64,000 nucleotides of DNA, taken from positions 15,562,001-15,626,000 of the forward strand of contig CDPCPM010000281.1 of NCBI GenBank assembly GCA_976551045.1, in the 5' to 3' direction. The translations under genes were made by a program, and so were the position numbers. The stretch's first letter is position 1. The number at the start of each line of letters is the position of its first letter. The notes under the pieces are model-generated. The model ran no database searches. It was not told where the DNA came from and saw only the letters and a list, made by a program, of their open reading frames with translations. This document shows, piece by piece, positions 1 through 11,735 of the stretch. This DNA comes from Glaucostegus cemiculus. Taxonomy: Eukaryota.

Positions 1-109
1 TTTGATTTACAGTTTGCAACTGACCCAGCACCAGTTGTGAAGGAGACAGAGCTTGTTTTGGCAAACTGGTTCTGGGAAAACATGAAAATAACCGTAGATG
101 ATTATTAAA

Positions 110-325
110 AAACTGCAGATGCTGGAAAGCTGAAATAAGTACAGAGGATACAGGAAACACTCAGTGGGTCAGACAGTATCTGCGGAAAGGGAAACAGAAT
201 TAATGTTTCAGGTTGAGGACACTTCATCAGGAGGCAACCTGACAGGTCTTCAACTTGAAACATTAACTCTATTTCTCTTTCCACAGACCTGCCGAGTACT
301 TCCAGTGCTTACTGATTTTACTGAG
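110..325. mobile_element. Palindromic Penelope-like-element-derived repeat with degenerate hammerhead motifs
   Basis: ctgcagatgctggaa...actcagtgggtcagacagtatctg arm followed by its inverted counterpart; CTGATGA...GAAAC on the minus strand at about 200-231. Confidence 0.6.
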
Positions 326-3149
326 GAACACATTGGCTATAACTCAGCTCCCTTTAAAACTTCCTGGCCTCTTGTGCCGATGTGGTCAGTTCAGTCTATA
401 TTGTGCAATCACACAGAAACTGGACCCAAGGAATTTAACTGCAAACAATTAGCTTTACCAGAGAAAGATACCTTTATCTGCTCCAGGTGGTTCAATAGAA
501 ATTACAAGCTAGCTGTAAACATAAAGAATGTTTAAAAAGAAGAATTTAGTGAATAGTGGAATTTGGTGATGCTGAGGGAGATTAAAAAATGCAAGGCTAA
601 ATTAGTAAGAAAATATCAATTGTTTAATCACTAACTTTGATTAGTGAAGTTAAACTAAAAAATATGGAAGTTAAATTCCATCAGGGCAACAAATTAATAA
701 AAGTAAAATATCTATAAAAGGAATAGAGAAGAAACACAAGGCTTCTTATATGATGGATGGTCCGATGGGATCTATTGTCTATAACTCCTGCACCACCAGG
801 GACTTCAAGACATTTGGCACATCCTGAGGGACTGTGTGCATGGGAAATGTCCCCAAGTGACTGAGCTCAAGTTCAGCATTTCCGAAACAGGAGGCACCTG
901 GATCACTGCAGAGCATTGAGGAGTTTGAGAGTTTCCAGGAGATAGTCTCTCCCAGCCAGAGGGTTTGGGCAAACAGGTGGCCACACCAAAGGGAAGGAGC
1001 AGGAATCTTCAAGATATGTGCCCTCTCCAACTAGTCTTCAGCTTTGGAGACAAAGAAAAAACATGTAATTATGCAAAGATAGTGACAGATCAGGATGTAC
1101 AAAAAAGGACAGGATAACTGAGAGATTAATAAGGAAGGAAGGGTATGAGTAAAGCAGGTCAGATACATGAAAACATATAATAAGACTTTCCAGATATTTG
1201 AAGGTGGAAATGGTTAACTAAGTGAGTGGTGGTCTGGTGGAAGCAAGTCCAGGGAATTAATGGTGGAAAACAAAGAGATGTCAGATGAATTAAACAGATA
1301 TTTTGCATCTGGTGAAGACAAGTAACATCCCAGAGACAGCTGTAAATCAGGAACTGGAAGGGAGAGATCATCATTGGAAAATTACAATCACCATTGAAGA
1401 GTCACTGAGCAAATTGTTGGGGCTGCAGTCTGACAAATCTTGGGGTTCTGAGGGACTGAACCGGTCTGAATCCGAATCCAAGCCTCTCTCTGCTCCTAAT
1501 TCATAGGTTGCCCCCTCAATTCATATAACTGATAGGGGGGGAACAACACCTTGAAATAGTACACTCCAGAAACTTGGCATCATTGGCCAAAATGTGCACC
1601 ATATGGGAGTGAGGGTAGGGGTGGAGGAACAGCGAGTGCAGCACTCATAGAGGAAACCATCTACAGCAGCCCCACATGGTGTATTGCCTCCCCCTGTGCC
1701 GGGATACAGAATGTCACTGTGAGTTTTCCGTGAAGGAGAACACGTTGATAGAACTACATCAGAGGGAGGAATGGTTGTACAAACAAAGGCCCTGTAATCA
1801 GACCTTCAGCTGCTAGGGAAGATGTTAAAAAGTTGGACATTGAAGGTAGAAATCACCAGTTTACTCCCAGTTGCATGCCCAAGCATGAATGAGAATAGGC
1901 TGATCAGGCAGGTGAATGTTTGGCTAACGTGGTTTGGGAGAAAGGGCTTCAGGTTGGAGACACTGGAGCCAGTTCTGGCACAGGCGGGGAGATGTTGAAG
2001 ATAGCTCAGTTGCACCTAATGAATTGGTCTATTAGTAGGATTGGAAAGAGGAATAAAGTGCACAAACAAATGGAAGTGTTAGATGGGAATAGGGAAGAAA
2101 GTAGAACATGCTAGCTGGCAGCAAACTAAGCAAGGCAATGAAAAATACAAGAACAGGATTAGAGTGCACTCATTGAAATGTACAGTGTGTAGTTGGTGAG
2201 CTCCAAGTACAAACAGCATGGATGATTACAATGTTGTGAGAATGGGACCATGGCTCGAAAGAAGGGCAGGACTTAAATATTCCAGGATACAACGTGTTCA
2301 GTAAAACATAGGGAAGTAAAACAAGGAATGGGATCACAGCATTGACGGAGGAAGTTAATGTGGGGGAATCAAACTGACATTGAAGGCAGTTCTCTCGCGA
2401 TCACTGAGCCCAGGACTGTTCCGTAACCTAATGAGCTGAGCAGTCAAATAGATTTTGTATCTGGCCTCTTGGTTTTATGCCAGCCACAGCTGCCACATCT
2501 AGTGCAGCCCTCTTCACTGGAAAGGGGCACTGACCTGCATTAAAAAAAGGTAAGTAGGAGTAAGTGGTTTGCTGATTTCCTTTAATTTAATAGTAATGAT
2601 TTTAATCCACTTGCGTCAGTTATTTGTACCTTTAAGTGCATTTTCATTTTTGTTATATAATATCTAGTTAATTATTTTTCAACTGCTTCTAAATTTCTCT
2701 GCACAGAGGCATTTTTAAACAGTGAGAAGACCCGGCAGCAGGAGCTGTCTGGAGACCAGCAGTTTGCAGACGGGGCTTTACGTGTCTGCTGGCAGTGGCG
2801 CCTTATCTGCACCTCATGAACACCTCCATGTTCCAGGACAACCACAGCAGCAACACCAGCAGTGCCTGGGAAGCTGACACAGGGCAGAAACGTGGCCTGG
2901 GCTGGTCGAGCACATTCCAGCCCATTGTCATGCTGGATCAAGTGGAGGTCCCCCGAGAGGTCGGGTACAGAATCCGTTTGGTTAGAGTTGAGAAGCCAGA
3001 AATGAGTTCCCAACGTTACTCAGAGCATTCCACAAGCCATCACGTAATGAAAGAGGGATAAAGGAGCGAATTGTAATGCGTGAAAGCCATTGAGTGACAA
3101 TATTAGGGAATATTAATCATTTAATTGTTGACTAGAACCACATTGGAAT

Positions 3150-3559
3150 TGTCACAATGTTGATTGAAGAGCAAGATCACAGAGAACCCAAACTCAGCAC
3201 ACTGGTACTAGACTGGAGTCAGGATACTTCCTCAGGACCGGACACAGGCAACACTGGAAGGAAACCTTGCCTCGGAGATCTGAGTAGTAATCCCAACACG
3301 AACTGAATCTTCAAGCAGGACTAGAGAACACAGGACTGCTCTGGAGTAGACCACTCTAAGCAGCTAGGAACCAAACTGAATCTTCAAGGTTAACCAATCC
3401 TCTGGCAACTAGTGCTAGAGAAACCCAGGTACTTATGCTAGGCCCCCTAATGGGGCTCAGGCGTGTGTTATTATGCAATCAGTCCAGCATGGAATCCATG
3501 TGCTGTACAACGAGGCATCTAAGGAACCAAATCAAGGGCCAGTACTCAGAATCATGACA
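3150..3559. mobile_element. Solo LTR (Gypsy-like), 410 bp
   Basis: TGTCA...TGACA inverted termini flanked by a 5-bp target-site duplication GGAAT/GGAGT (one mismatch); interrupts CR1 endonuclease sequence. Confidence 0.75.
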
Positions 3560-4159
3560 GGAGTACAGGACAAAAATAGAGTGGATTTTCCCATCTACTT
3601 TTAGGAGAAGTTCCTTATCAGGATGTTTCTGACCCAATAGTTCTGGGGACTGAGATAGGCCAAGTGGACCAAGTGTAGACGAGAGAACACAGGGAGTGGA
3701 GATCATTGATTATAAGGTTTGGATTAACAATAGAAAGGGGCGCAAAGGGGGAGAGAAATACAAGCAGATTAGGACTGGTTAGTAAAATGTAGGCCCATGG
3801 AATTAATGGGTCAGTAGCAGCATGGATAGGAAGTTGGCTTAAAGGTAGATACCAGAATCTGGGGGTAAATGGTAGTTTTTCAGACTGGAAGATGGCAGAC
3901 AGTGGTGTTCCCCAGAGGTCAGTGGTGGGACCACTGTTCTGTGTAGATATAAATATTAATGACTTAGACATGGGTGCACAGAGTGAAATTTCCACATTTA
4001 CAGAGGGAACAAAGCTTAGAGGTGTGGAATACCGCAAGGATAGCAATAGACAGCAGGAAGATTTAGGTTGACTGAATGGGCAGAAAAGTGACAGAGGGAA
4101 CTTGATAGAAAAAGTGTGCAATGATACATTTTGGTAGAAAGAATAAAGAAAGACGATAT

Positions 4160-4700
4160 AGAGTAATACAGCATAGAAGTTGGCCATTTGGCCCAGCTGG
4201 TCCATGCCGACCAAGGTTCCCATCTAAGCTAGTCCCACTTGCCTGCATTTGGCCCATATCCCTCTAAACCTTTCCTATCCATGTAGCTTATAAAAGTTGT
4301 TAATGTACCTGCTTCAACCACTTCCTCGGGCAGCTCCTTCCATACACCGACCACCTTCTGGGTGAAAAAGTTATCCCTCATGTTCCTATTAAATCTTTCC
4401 CCTCTCCCCTTAAACCTATACCCTCTAGTTCTTGATTCCCCAACCCTGGGAAAAAGACTGCACGCATTGACTCCATCCATGCCCCTCATGATTTTATACA
4501 CCTCTCTGACATCACCCTTCAGTCTCCTAGGCTCCAGTGGAAGAAGGTCCAACCTGTTCAGCCTCTCTCCATAACTCAGTCCCTCGAGTCCCAGCAACAT
4601 GCTCTTAAATCTCCTCCGCACTCTTTCCAGCTTAACGGCATCTTTCCTATAGTGGGGGACCAAAGCTGAGCACAATATTCCAAGCGTGGCCTCACCAACA
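4160..4700 (-). mobile_element. CR1 LINE 3' end (younger copy)
   Basis: ORF 4229..4675 (KLERVRRRF..MLLGLEGLSYGERL..RTRGYRFK..FFTQKVVGVWKELPEEVVEAG) is the CR1 ORF2 C-terminus. Confidence 0.9.
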
Positions 4701-5034
4701 GCCTCATCAAATTAGTCAATATAGACTAAGTAGTACGGTGTGAGGGATGTGGAGGAACAGGGAGACTCACAAATCAGTGAAGGTGACAACATGTTGAGAG
4801 GGGCTGTCAGTAAAGTTAGTGGAATCATGGAATTCCTAAATAGAGGTGAGGAGCACAAAAATGGGCAAGTTACGTTAATTCTGTACAAAACACTTTAAGA
4901 CTATAACCACAGTGTTGCACCTACTGTTGGTTATCACACTTTAGGAAGAATGTTAAGGTCTTAGAGAAGATGCACAAGCAGAAGTTACTGGGTGATGAGG
5001 GGTTTCAAGCACAAAGTTAGACTGGAGGAGCTGA

Positions 5035-5770
5035 GGTCATAGAGTTATAGAGCACAGAAACAGTCTCTTTGGCCCAAACTGTACATGCCAACCATCAAGC
5101 ACTCATCGATACTTGCACATAATCCACAGCCACCTATATCTTGATGATTTAGCTGCTCGTCTAGATAGTACTTAAATGTTGTGAGAATACCTGTCTCTGC
5201 CATTTCCAGATTGCAACCACCTTCTGGGTGAAAAAGTTTTTCCTTGGATCCCCTCTAACCCCTCACTTTAAAACTATGCCCTTTGGTTTTAATTTTGTAC
5301 ACCTCTGTCAGATCCCTCTCCACCTCTGCCATTCCAAGGAAAACAAACCACCATCTCTCCTCATAACTGAAATGCTCCATCCCAGGTAACACCCATGTAA
5401 ATCTCCCTCGCACACTCTCCCACACAATCACATCCTTCTTATTGTGTAATAACCAGAACTGCACACAATACTCCACAGCTATACCCTGACTAAAGTTGTA
5501 CCATGAACTACACGTTCTTGTATTCTATGTCCTTGCTAATGAAGATCTGCATTCCATGTGGCTTCTTTACCATCTTATCTAGCTGTGCTGCCAGGGTTAG
5601 GGATCTATGGACATGTGTCCCAAGCCCCTCTGTTCCTCAATACTCCTAAAGACTTTGATTAGACCTCACCTCACACTTGTTGGGACTAAATTCCATCTGC
5701 TGTTGCTCCATCCAATTTACTAGCTAATCAAAATCAGTCTAATATGATCTTCCTCACCATCAACAACAGC
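5035..5770 (-). mobile_element. CR1 LINE 3' fragment
   Basis: ORF 5255..5476 EYCVQFW...LPGMEHFSYEER...TKGHSFKVRG. Confidence 0.85.
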
Positions 5771-7321
5771 AATTGGCTTTCTCCTTGGAGCAAAGAAGGT
5801 TGATTAGGGATATAATGAAAGTGGACAATACTATAATTGGTTCAGATAAATAGAGGGAAGGTGTTCCCATTAACAATGGTCCAAGTTGCTTGGACACACT
5901 TAAAATTCATGGCAGCGGGTAAGAAGAATCTGAGGGAAAAACTTAAATAGGAATTGGAATTCATCGTCCATGAGGTTGGTGGAAAATTAAGTTAGTGTCT
6001 TCAAAAGGTGTCTGGTAAAATCTCATACAAATGTCTGGTTAGCAATAATAAAGGTAATTGAAAGGTCATAGCAATTCTTTAATTCAATGTGGAAACAGCT
6101 ACAAAGATTTAGCTTCATATAATAAACGCAATAGAAAATGCCCCAACAACCAACACAGGTAACTTCATATGTGACTTACCTCCACTACCATGGAAGTAAA
6201 ACACTCACAAGGATCTAAAGTCACTTACATATACAGACACACACTGTTTATATCTTACTATTTTACCTAAAAAGACACATTTTAAAGCACATACCCTCTC
6301 AAGTTGAGTACTGACACATCCACTGACCATGTCAGCTTATCCTTTCTTTTATTACAAATTGACCAAATCTTGATTCCCAATTGGCCACATATAACCAGTA
6401 GTTAAATGGCAGGACAGCACTGATGCATTCTCCCATTTCTTGGATTAGCTGCAACCATTGTGTTTAACTGCAGCAGTTCGCCCAGTCCGACCAGAGCTCC
6501 TTCTGTTATAGTGCTGGCAAATTCTCAGATATTGATTGCTAGAAGGGGAACATCTTCAACCAATGCACTCAAAACCGCTCTCAAATATTAACACTTTCTG
6601 AAGAGGAGGAATTATCTATTGTGTCACTGCAGTAGTATTTTCCTCACGTTTACAGTCTTGTGGAACTTAGGCTGTGTGTAAAGCACTGGAGATACATTGC
6701 CTTTATTCACTCTTCTTTACCATTTGTGATAATGTATATTATGTTCAGGCCTGCCTAAAGCCTTACTGTCCACTATATGATCACTTTTGAGTTTTATACA
6801 TGAACAAAGAGAGCCGCGTCCATTGCTTTGTGTTGTTATTTTCCTGGATGGTTAAACTGACCTGGAAAGAATTGCTTCCCGTGTTGGCTTGGTTATGTGT
6901 GTTTCTCATTGTAGGCAGTGCACACACTCTGAATTATTCTGGGCTTGCATGCTACAGAGCTAGGCTTATTCACAGGCAGGAAGCATGTGCACGATCTTGC
7001 TGAAACTGTGCATTGCAGAATATTCTGCTGCCTGGACTTTGTGTACAGTGGCAGGAGCACTGGACAAGCCATGTTTGTCCCTTACCTCTTGAGGCTTTAT
7101 GTGACACAAGCAGATTCTACGGACCTGTAGGAAAATGATTGAGGATTGGAGTGAATTTATATACAATCGTACCTACGTTTCAAAGGCTGAACATACAACC
7201 AAGGAAGCTCAGCACAGTTATAAGTTCTTGTTCATATCTGGAGAGAGGATTGATTATTTTTAAAACACATTTTAACACAGGTTGGATGGGACAGCCAGAC
7301 GTCTCCCTTTCACCTCAAGGA

Positions 7322-7978
7322 AAATCAGAATCAGAATAAGTTTTATTGTCACAACCATATACATACATAGTATGCATAGGAGCGAGATACCGTCCTCCTC
7401 AGGTGCTCGTCCCATTAAATAACAAACAGCAGAGACACACAGACACACTGAACAAAAAAAACATTAAAAACTACGGAAGTTTAAATTAAATAAAATAAAT
7501 AGTTATTAAAGTGAACGGGCTGGTGGTGGGCATTTAAAGTGCCGGTGCATTTCTGTGCACCTAGCATCCCTTAGTGTTAACAAGGAAGATGGAGGAATGA
7601 GAGAGTTCGCAGTTCTGATGGCTTGCGGAAAGAAGCTATTGCTCAGCCTGGTCGTTCTCGCCCTGATACATTTGAGCCTCCTTCCAGATGGCAACATTGT
7701 AAAGAGATGATGGGAGGGGTGAGAAGGATCCGCCATTATATTTTTGGTCTTCCTAAAACAATGGTCCTTGTACATGTCTGCGATGGATGGAAGAGAGACA
7801 CCTATGATCGTCTCCACAGCCCTAACTAACCTCTGGAGGGACTTCCGCCCAGCAGCTGAGCAGCTTCCAAACCAAACAGTGATACATTGGGTTAAGATGC
7901 TCTCAATGGTCCCTCTATAGAAAGTTTTCATAACTGAGGGATGAGAGTTTGCTTTCCTCAGTCTCCGCAAGAAATAGA
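7322..7978 (-). mobile_element. Rex1/Rex-Babar-type LINE 3' end
   Basis: ORF 7506..7970 FYRGTIESILTQCITVWFGSC...DPSHPSHHLF.MLPSGRR...TTRLSNSFFPQAIR; AATAAA and short (CTGATT)n tail. Confidence 0.85.
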
Positions 7979-8060
7979 TCCAGAACCAATCCAGATAGAA
8001 AGAAAAAAATCCTTATTTTTGTCCAATTATCCTTCTGTGAGACATGTTTCTATTTTAAAG

Positions 8061-8210
8061 ATTGGTATTGGTTTATTATTGTCACTTGTACCAAGGTACA
8101 GTGAAAAATTTGTCTTGCATACCGATCGTACAGATCAATTCATTACACAGTGCATTGAGGTAGTACAGGGTAAAAACAGTAACAGAATACAGAGTAAAGT
8201 GTCACATAGT
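8061..8210 (-). mobile_element. Rex1-type LINE 3' UTR tail (related copies at about 13565-13770 plus, 31646-31800 minus, 36167-36390 minus)
   Basis: Matches the 3' end of the element at 14228-15617 (tttttcactgtacc..gtac..gtgacaataataaacc). Confidence 0.8.
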
Positions 8211-8999
8211 TGCCCCATAATGGTGAGTCACTGTTGTAATTGGCAGTCAGGATCCTATGTGAATGAGCGAGCCTGCTGAGACACAGGCCAACAGCTCAAA
8301 CACCAACAGCTTGTGACCTTGGCTGCATTAGCAGTGAATGTCAATGTATGTCAGTGAAGATGCAGTGGTGGTTTCAGAAGTAAGGTCTAGATTTTTAAGC
8401 ACCATCTTTGTCCCTCCAATGGCCCTTTGCCATTTATTCCAGGGCTCCTGTGCATGTGGATGGCAGCCTCCTGGTGGTATTATCAGAACTACAGGGATCT
8501 ACCCCCAGGCAGGGGTCAGCAGTGTGGCGATGATACTGCACTTCAGTGACAGCCTAAGTGACTTTGCAGACTCCCACTGGGCCTGTTACAGTGACACCTC
8601 AAGCCTCCAGGCTATGTAGCCACTGTGATGTTAAAACACCTTCACTATTCCTGTAATGAAGGTTGTTATGGTGTTTCTGATACCTAGTGAGAATGAGGTT
8701 TGAAAGGTGAGATATACGTTAGTTTGTAAAGGGAATAGTTATCCATTGATTTTCAATGGAAAGGAATTACAAACCAATGAAAGTTCAGGAGCCAACAGAA
8801 CCGCTTCTTGCAGCCACTCACCTAAACCTGGAAAATCTAAGCCAGAGCTGCTGTGACAGGCTATTTCTATGGCTCAGGGATGTTGTCTGGGGAAAAGAAA
8901 GAAGAAGCTTCACTCCACACCCACATTTTGAACCCATCAGTGCTTAATTCTGACACTAGGCACAAGTGCTTAATTCTGACACTATCATCTTCCCTCTGA

Positions 9000-9270
9000 C
9001 TACGTAGCAGTTAGTGTAACACTATTACAGTGCCAGTGACCCGGGTTCAATTCCGACCACTGTCTGTACATTCTCCCTGTGTCTGTGTGGGTTTCCTCCG
9101 GGTGCTCCGGTTTCCTCCCACATTCCAAAAGACACACGGGTTAGGAAGTTGTGGGCATGCTATGTTGGCACCACAAGTGTGGCGACACTTGTGGGCTGCC
9201 TCCAGAACACTACGCAAAAGATGTATTTCACTGTGTGTTTCAATGTACATGTAACTAATAGATATCTTAT
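9000..9270 (+). mobile_element. tRNA-derived V-SINE-type element
   Basis: B-box-like gggttcaattcc, core gtgggtttcctccgggtgctccggtttcctcccaca; close copies at 14460 and 27230. Confidence 0.85.
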
Positions 9271-10559
9271 AAACCTGTTGTTTTGCAAGTCATGCAGGTA
9301 ACTTCATATCAATCCAGGAGCTTCATATCAATTCAGGAGCATTCAATTCTGTGCCATTCAGCTAATAACTGATACCGTCCCACACTGTAACCAGCATCTA
9401 ATCACTACTTTGTTCTCATGTCTTGAATGTTGGAAGAATATTTATCAGTCCTCAAGTGCTACTTCAATATTTATGGAGTTTCACTAATTCCCTTTTTTAA
9501 AAATTCATTAGTAACCTAGGACTTTACAGTGGCTTTATAGATTGTTGGCCAATTCCCAGCCAGCCTTGGTTCCAGGAGCCTACTTTATGTGCAAAAAATT
9601 CCAGGCAAATCTTGTGAATTTGCACTTTCCAGTTCATGCCTTTAAGTTGTCGAATCCTTACCTGATTTGTACTGTATGGGTTTTTACCACCTACCGTTTG
9701 TCTAGTAACCTACCCTCTGCATCAGTAACTGTGGTTTTATGTACATCATGTATTCACACGGTTTCATGATGTAAATTTATGAAACATTCCATTGATGTTA
9801 TTTGACACGGTCTATAGCATTGCCCAGGAAAAGGCTCTTTCTGCTGGGATGAGTCAGAGCTGAGCACAATCAAGGGTTAGAACCGGGTAATTCCTGGATC
9901 GATTGGCAATCTCAGTCTCAGTAACACCACTGGGAAGACCAGAGTTTTGGCACACGGAGGTAGGAAAGCAGAATTCCAGGATTTAGGAGTAGGAAGAGGT
10001 TCTTGAGGAAAAGGATGGGAAATTGAATGGAGGTTTTGGAAACCCAGAAGGAATCTGGGTGAAACAGGGGAATCCTGAGTGTGTTGTAACACTCAGTCAG
10101 ATCACCTCTGATCAACCTCAATTCTATTTGTCCGTTTTGTTCCTTGTTTTTACATCAGGATGTCTTAACACTTTGACTTACAAAATTCTCTGGCTCACAC
10201 CCTTGAAAATCTCGACTGACCCAGTATCCACAGGAAACAATTTCCAGGAGGATTGGAAATTCAGCAGGATGAAGATACGGAAATGGAAAGGTGGGAACTC
10301 AGGAAGAGGGCCAACAGGGAATGCAAAAGAAAGGAAAAGGCAACTTCCTAAAATAGTTACATCACAATACAGGAGCAGGAAATTACTTACTTATAATGGA
10401 ACAAATGGAGGCCACTCTGCCCATTTGGTGCACACGGAGTCCAAACAGAGCGATGGGGACACCAGAGACCATAGAAGCTGGAATCCCAATGGAGCAATCC
10501 CATTCCCCTTTTCTCTTCTTCCACGGGACAGCAATCTATTCCCCATCAGGTCCATCATC

Positions 10560-10780
10560 TCCCCCTTGGCATTCTTAGCCACTTACCTGCAGTGAGGTAA
10601 TTTACAGTAGACAATTAATCCACCGGCGAGTCTTTGAGATATGGCAGGAAACGGAGCACCCAAGGGAAGCCTACATGGTTGGAGGGAGGAAGTTCAACCT
10701 CCACACACACAGGACTCCAGGTCAGGATCAAACCCAGGTCCCTAAGGCAGCAGTACTAACTGCTGCACCACCATGCTGAC
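10560..10780 (-). mobile_element. HE1-like V-SINE, degenerate
   Basis: Reverse complement of tRNA head and V core (ggaaacggagcacccaagggaagcc). Confidence 0.65.
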
Positions 10781-11109
10781 AACATTTTGGGTTCCTACTG
10801 GCTCTAGGGCAAGAGTAATCAAACTAGTCCTATCCCCCCAATCACCTCTCCTCAAACCTGAGCTTTCTATGTCCTTTTCAAGTACACGTCCAGTTCCCTT
10901 ATGAACACCATGACTGAATCTGAATCCACTACTGTACCAAACCCAAGCAATCACTTAATTTTTCCTCGTATCACTTTTGGTTCTTCTGCCAATCACCTTC
11001 ATCTTCTGTCCCGGCACTTGCCGCTCCATCAATGGAACCGTTTCTTTACTCCTTGGTCATCCAGGGACACCAGATTTTTGACGACATAATATTGCTCTGT
11101 TTCTATTGA

Positions 11110-11427
11110 GAAATTTTAGCCCAGTCTTTTTTTTTGTTTTTTTTCCCTAAAATTTTCTGGTTAGTTTATATTGTTACAATTTTTTTTATTGATTTGGGTT
11201 TTTTTCTTTTTCTTTCCAATTCATATAATAAATCTTTTTCCTTCTTATCCTTTATACTACATTCATCAACCAAGAGATCGTTGGATTTTTAAAATATTAT
11301 GCTTTATTGTTTCTTATGATGAACTATGCTATGATTGTTTTCCTGATCTCTTTGTAATACATGTGTGAACATTGATGCTATATATTAATCTGTATTGATT
11401 TGTAACTAATAAAAAGATTTAAAAAAA
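11110..11427 (+). mobile_element. Possible L1/Tx1-type LINE 3' tail
   Basis: T-rich tract ending aataaaaagatttaaaaaaa; no coding motif seen. Confidence 0.35.
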
Positions 11428-11499
11428 GGGAGTTCAGATTTTAATTGGTCTCTGTCAGAGGAATATACCTTGACTCTACATGGACTGTCAACTTCACAC

Positions 11500-11735
11500 C
11501 ACATCTGTTCCCATTTGAAATCAGCCCTCCTCCAATTGACCATTTTGTCCACATCTGTTTCCATAGCTATTTGAAACTATATAATGCTGTGGTCTCCGAT
11601 CCCTAAATCTTTCTCCACTGACACCTGCTCCATTTGGTCCACCCCTTTTCCCAGAACTGCAATGCCTTCTTCCTCACTGAGGCAGGGACATAACAATTAC
11701 AAAAGTTCTTCCTAAGACACTTGCAAACGTTCTTC
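11500..11735 (-). mobile_element. CR1 ORF2 endonuclease fragment
   Basis: Decayed QVSV..DLGIGDHSII.FQIAME motif on the minus strand. Confidence 0.6.

Larger units (their letters stand above)
740..6010 (+). mobile_element. Ancient near-full-length CR1 LINE broken by nested insertions
   Basis: Decayed ORF1 Cys/coiled-coil region (DCVHGKCPQV...SLQSIEEFESFQEIVSP, about 830-950), ORF1 esterase-like HMVYCLP (about 1675), ORF2 endonuclease (LNIPGYNVF about 2275; VLGTEIGQVDQV about 3640), RT (SGVPQRSVVGPLLF about 3900) and 3' pieces at 4700-5030 and 5770-6010. Confidence 0.7.

Noticed and set aside
779-1060. Minus-strand terminal exon with acceptor at 1041 and protease- or RT-like words (CPNPLAGRDYL, FLLLPFG)
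   Set aside because: Better explained as decayed CR1 ORF1 on the plus strand; all frames after the acceptor stop quickly.
3618-4223. 201-aa hydrophobic ORF as a membrane protein
   Set aside because: Antisense reading of decayed CR1 RT sequence.
6848-7003. Signal-peptide-like short ORF MVKLTWKELLPVLAWLCVFLIVGSA... as a chemokine or secreted peptide
   Set aside because: No CC/CXC motif, three cysteines in the putative mature part, no supporting exon structure or recognisable family.
7506-7970. Cellular gene for the 154-aa ORF
   Set aside because: It is the C-terminal region of a Rex1-type LINE ORF, with related copies at 15.0-15.4 kb and 40.4-41.0 kb.
10023-10595. 190-aa ORF
   Set aside because: No recognisable domain, non-ATG start, runs into repeat-derived sequence.
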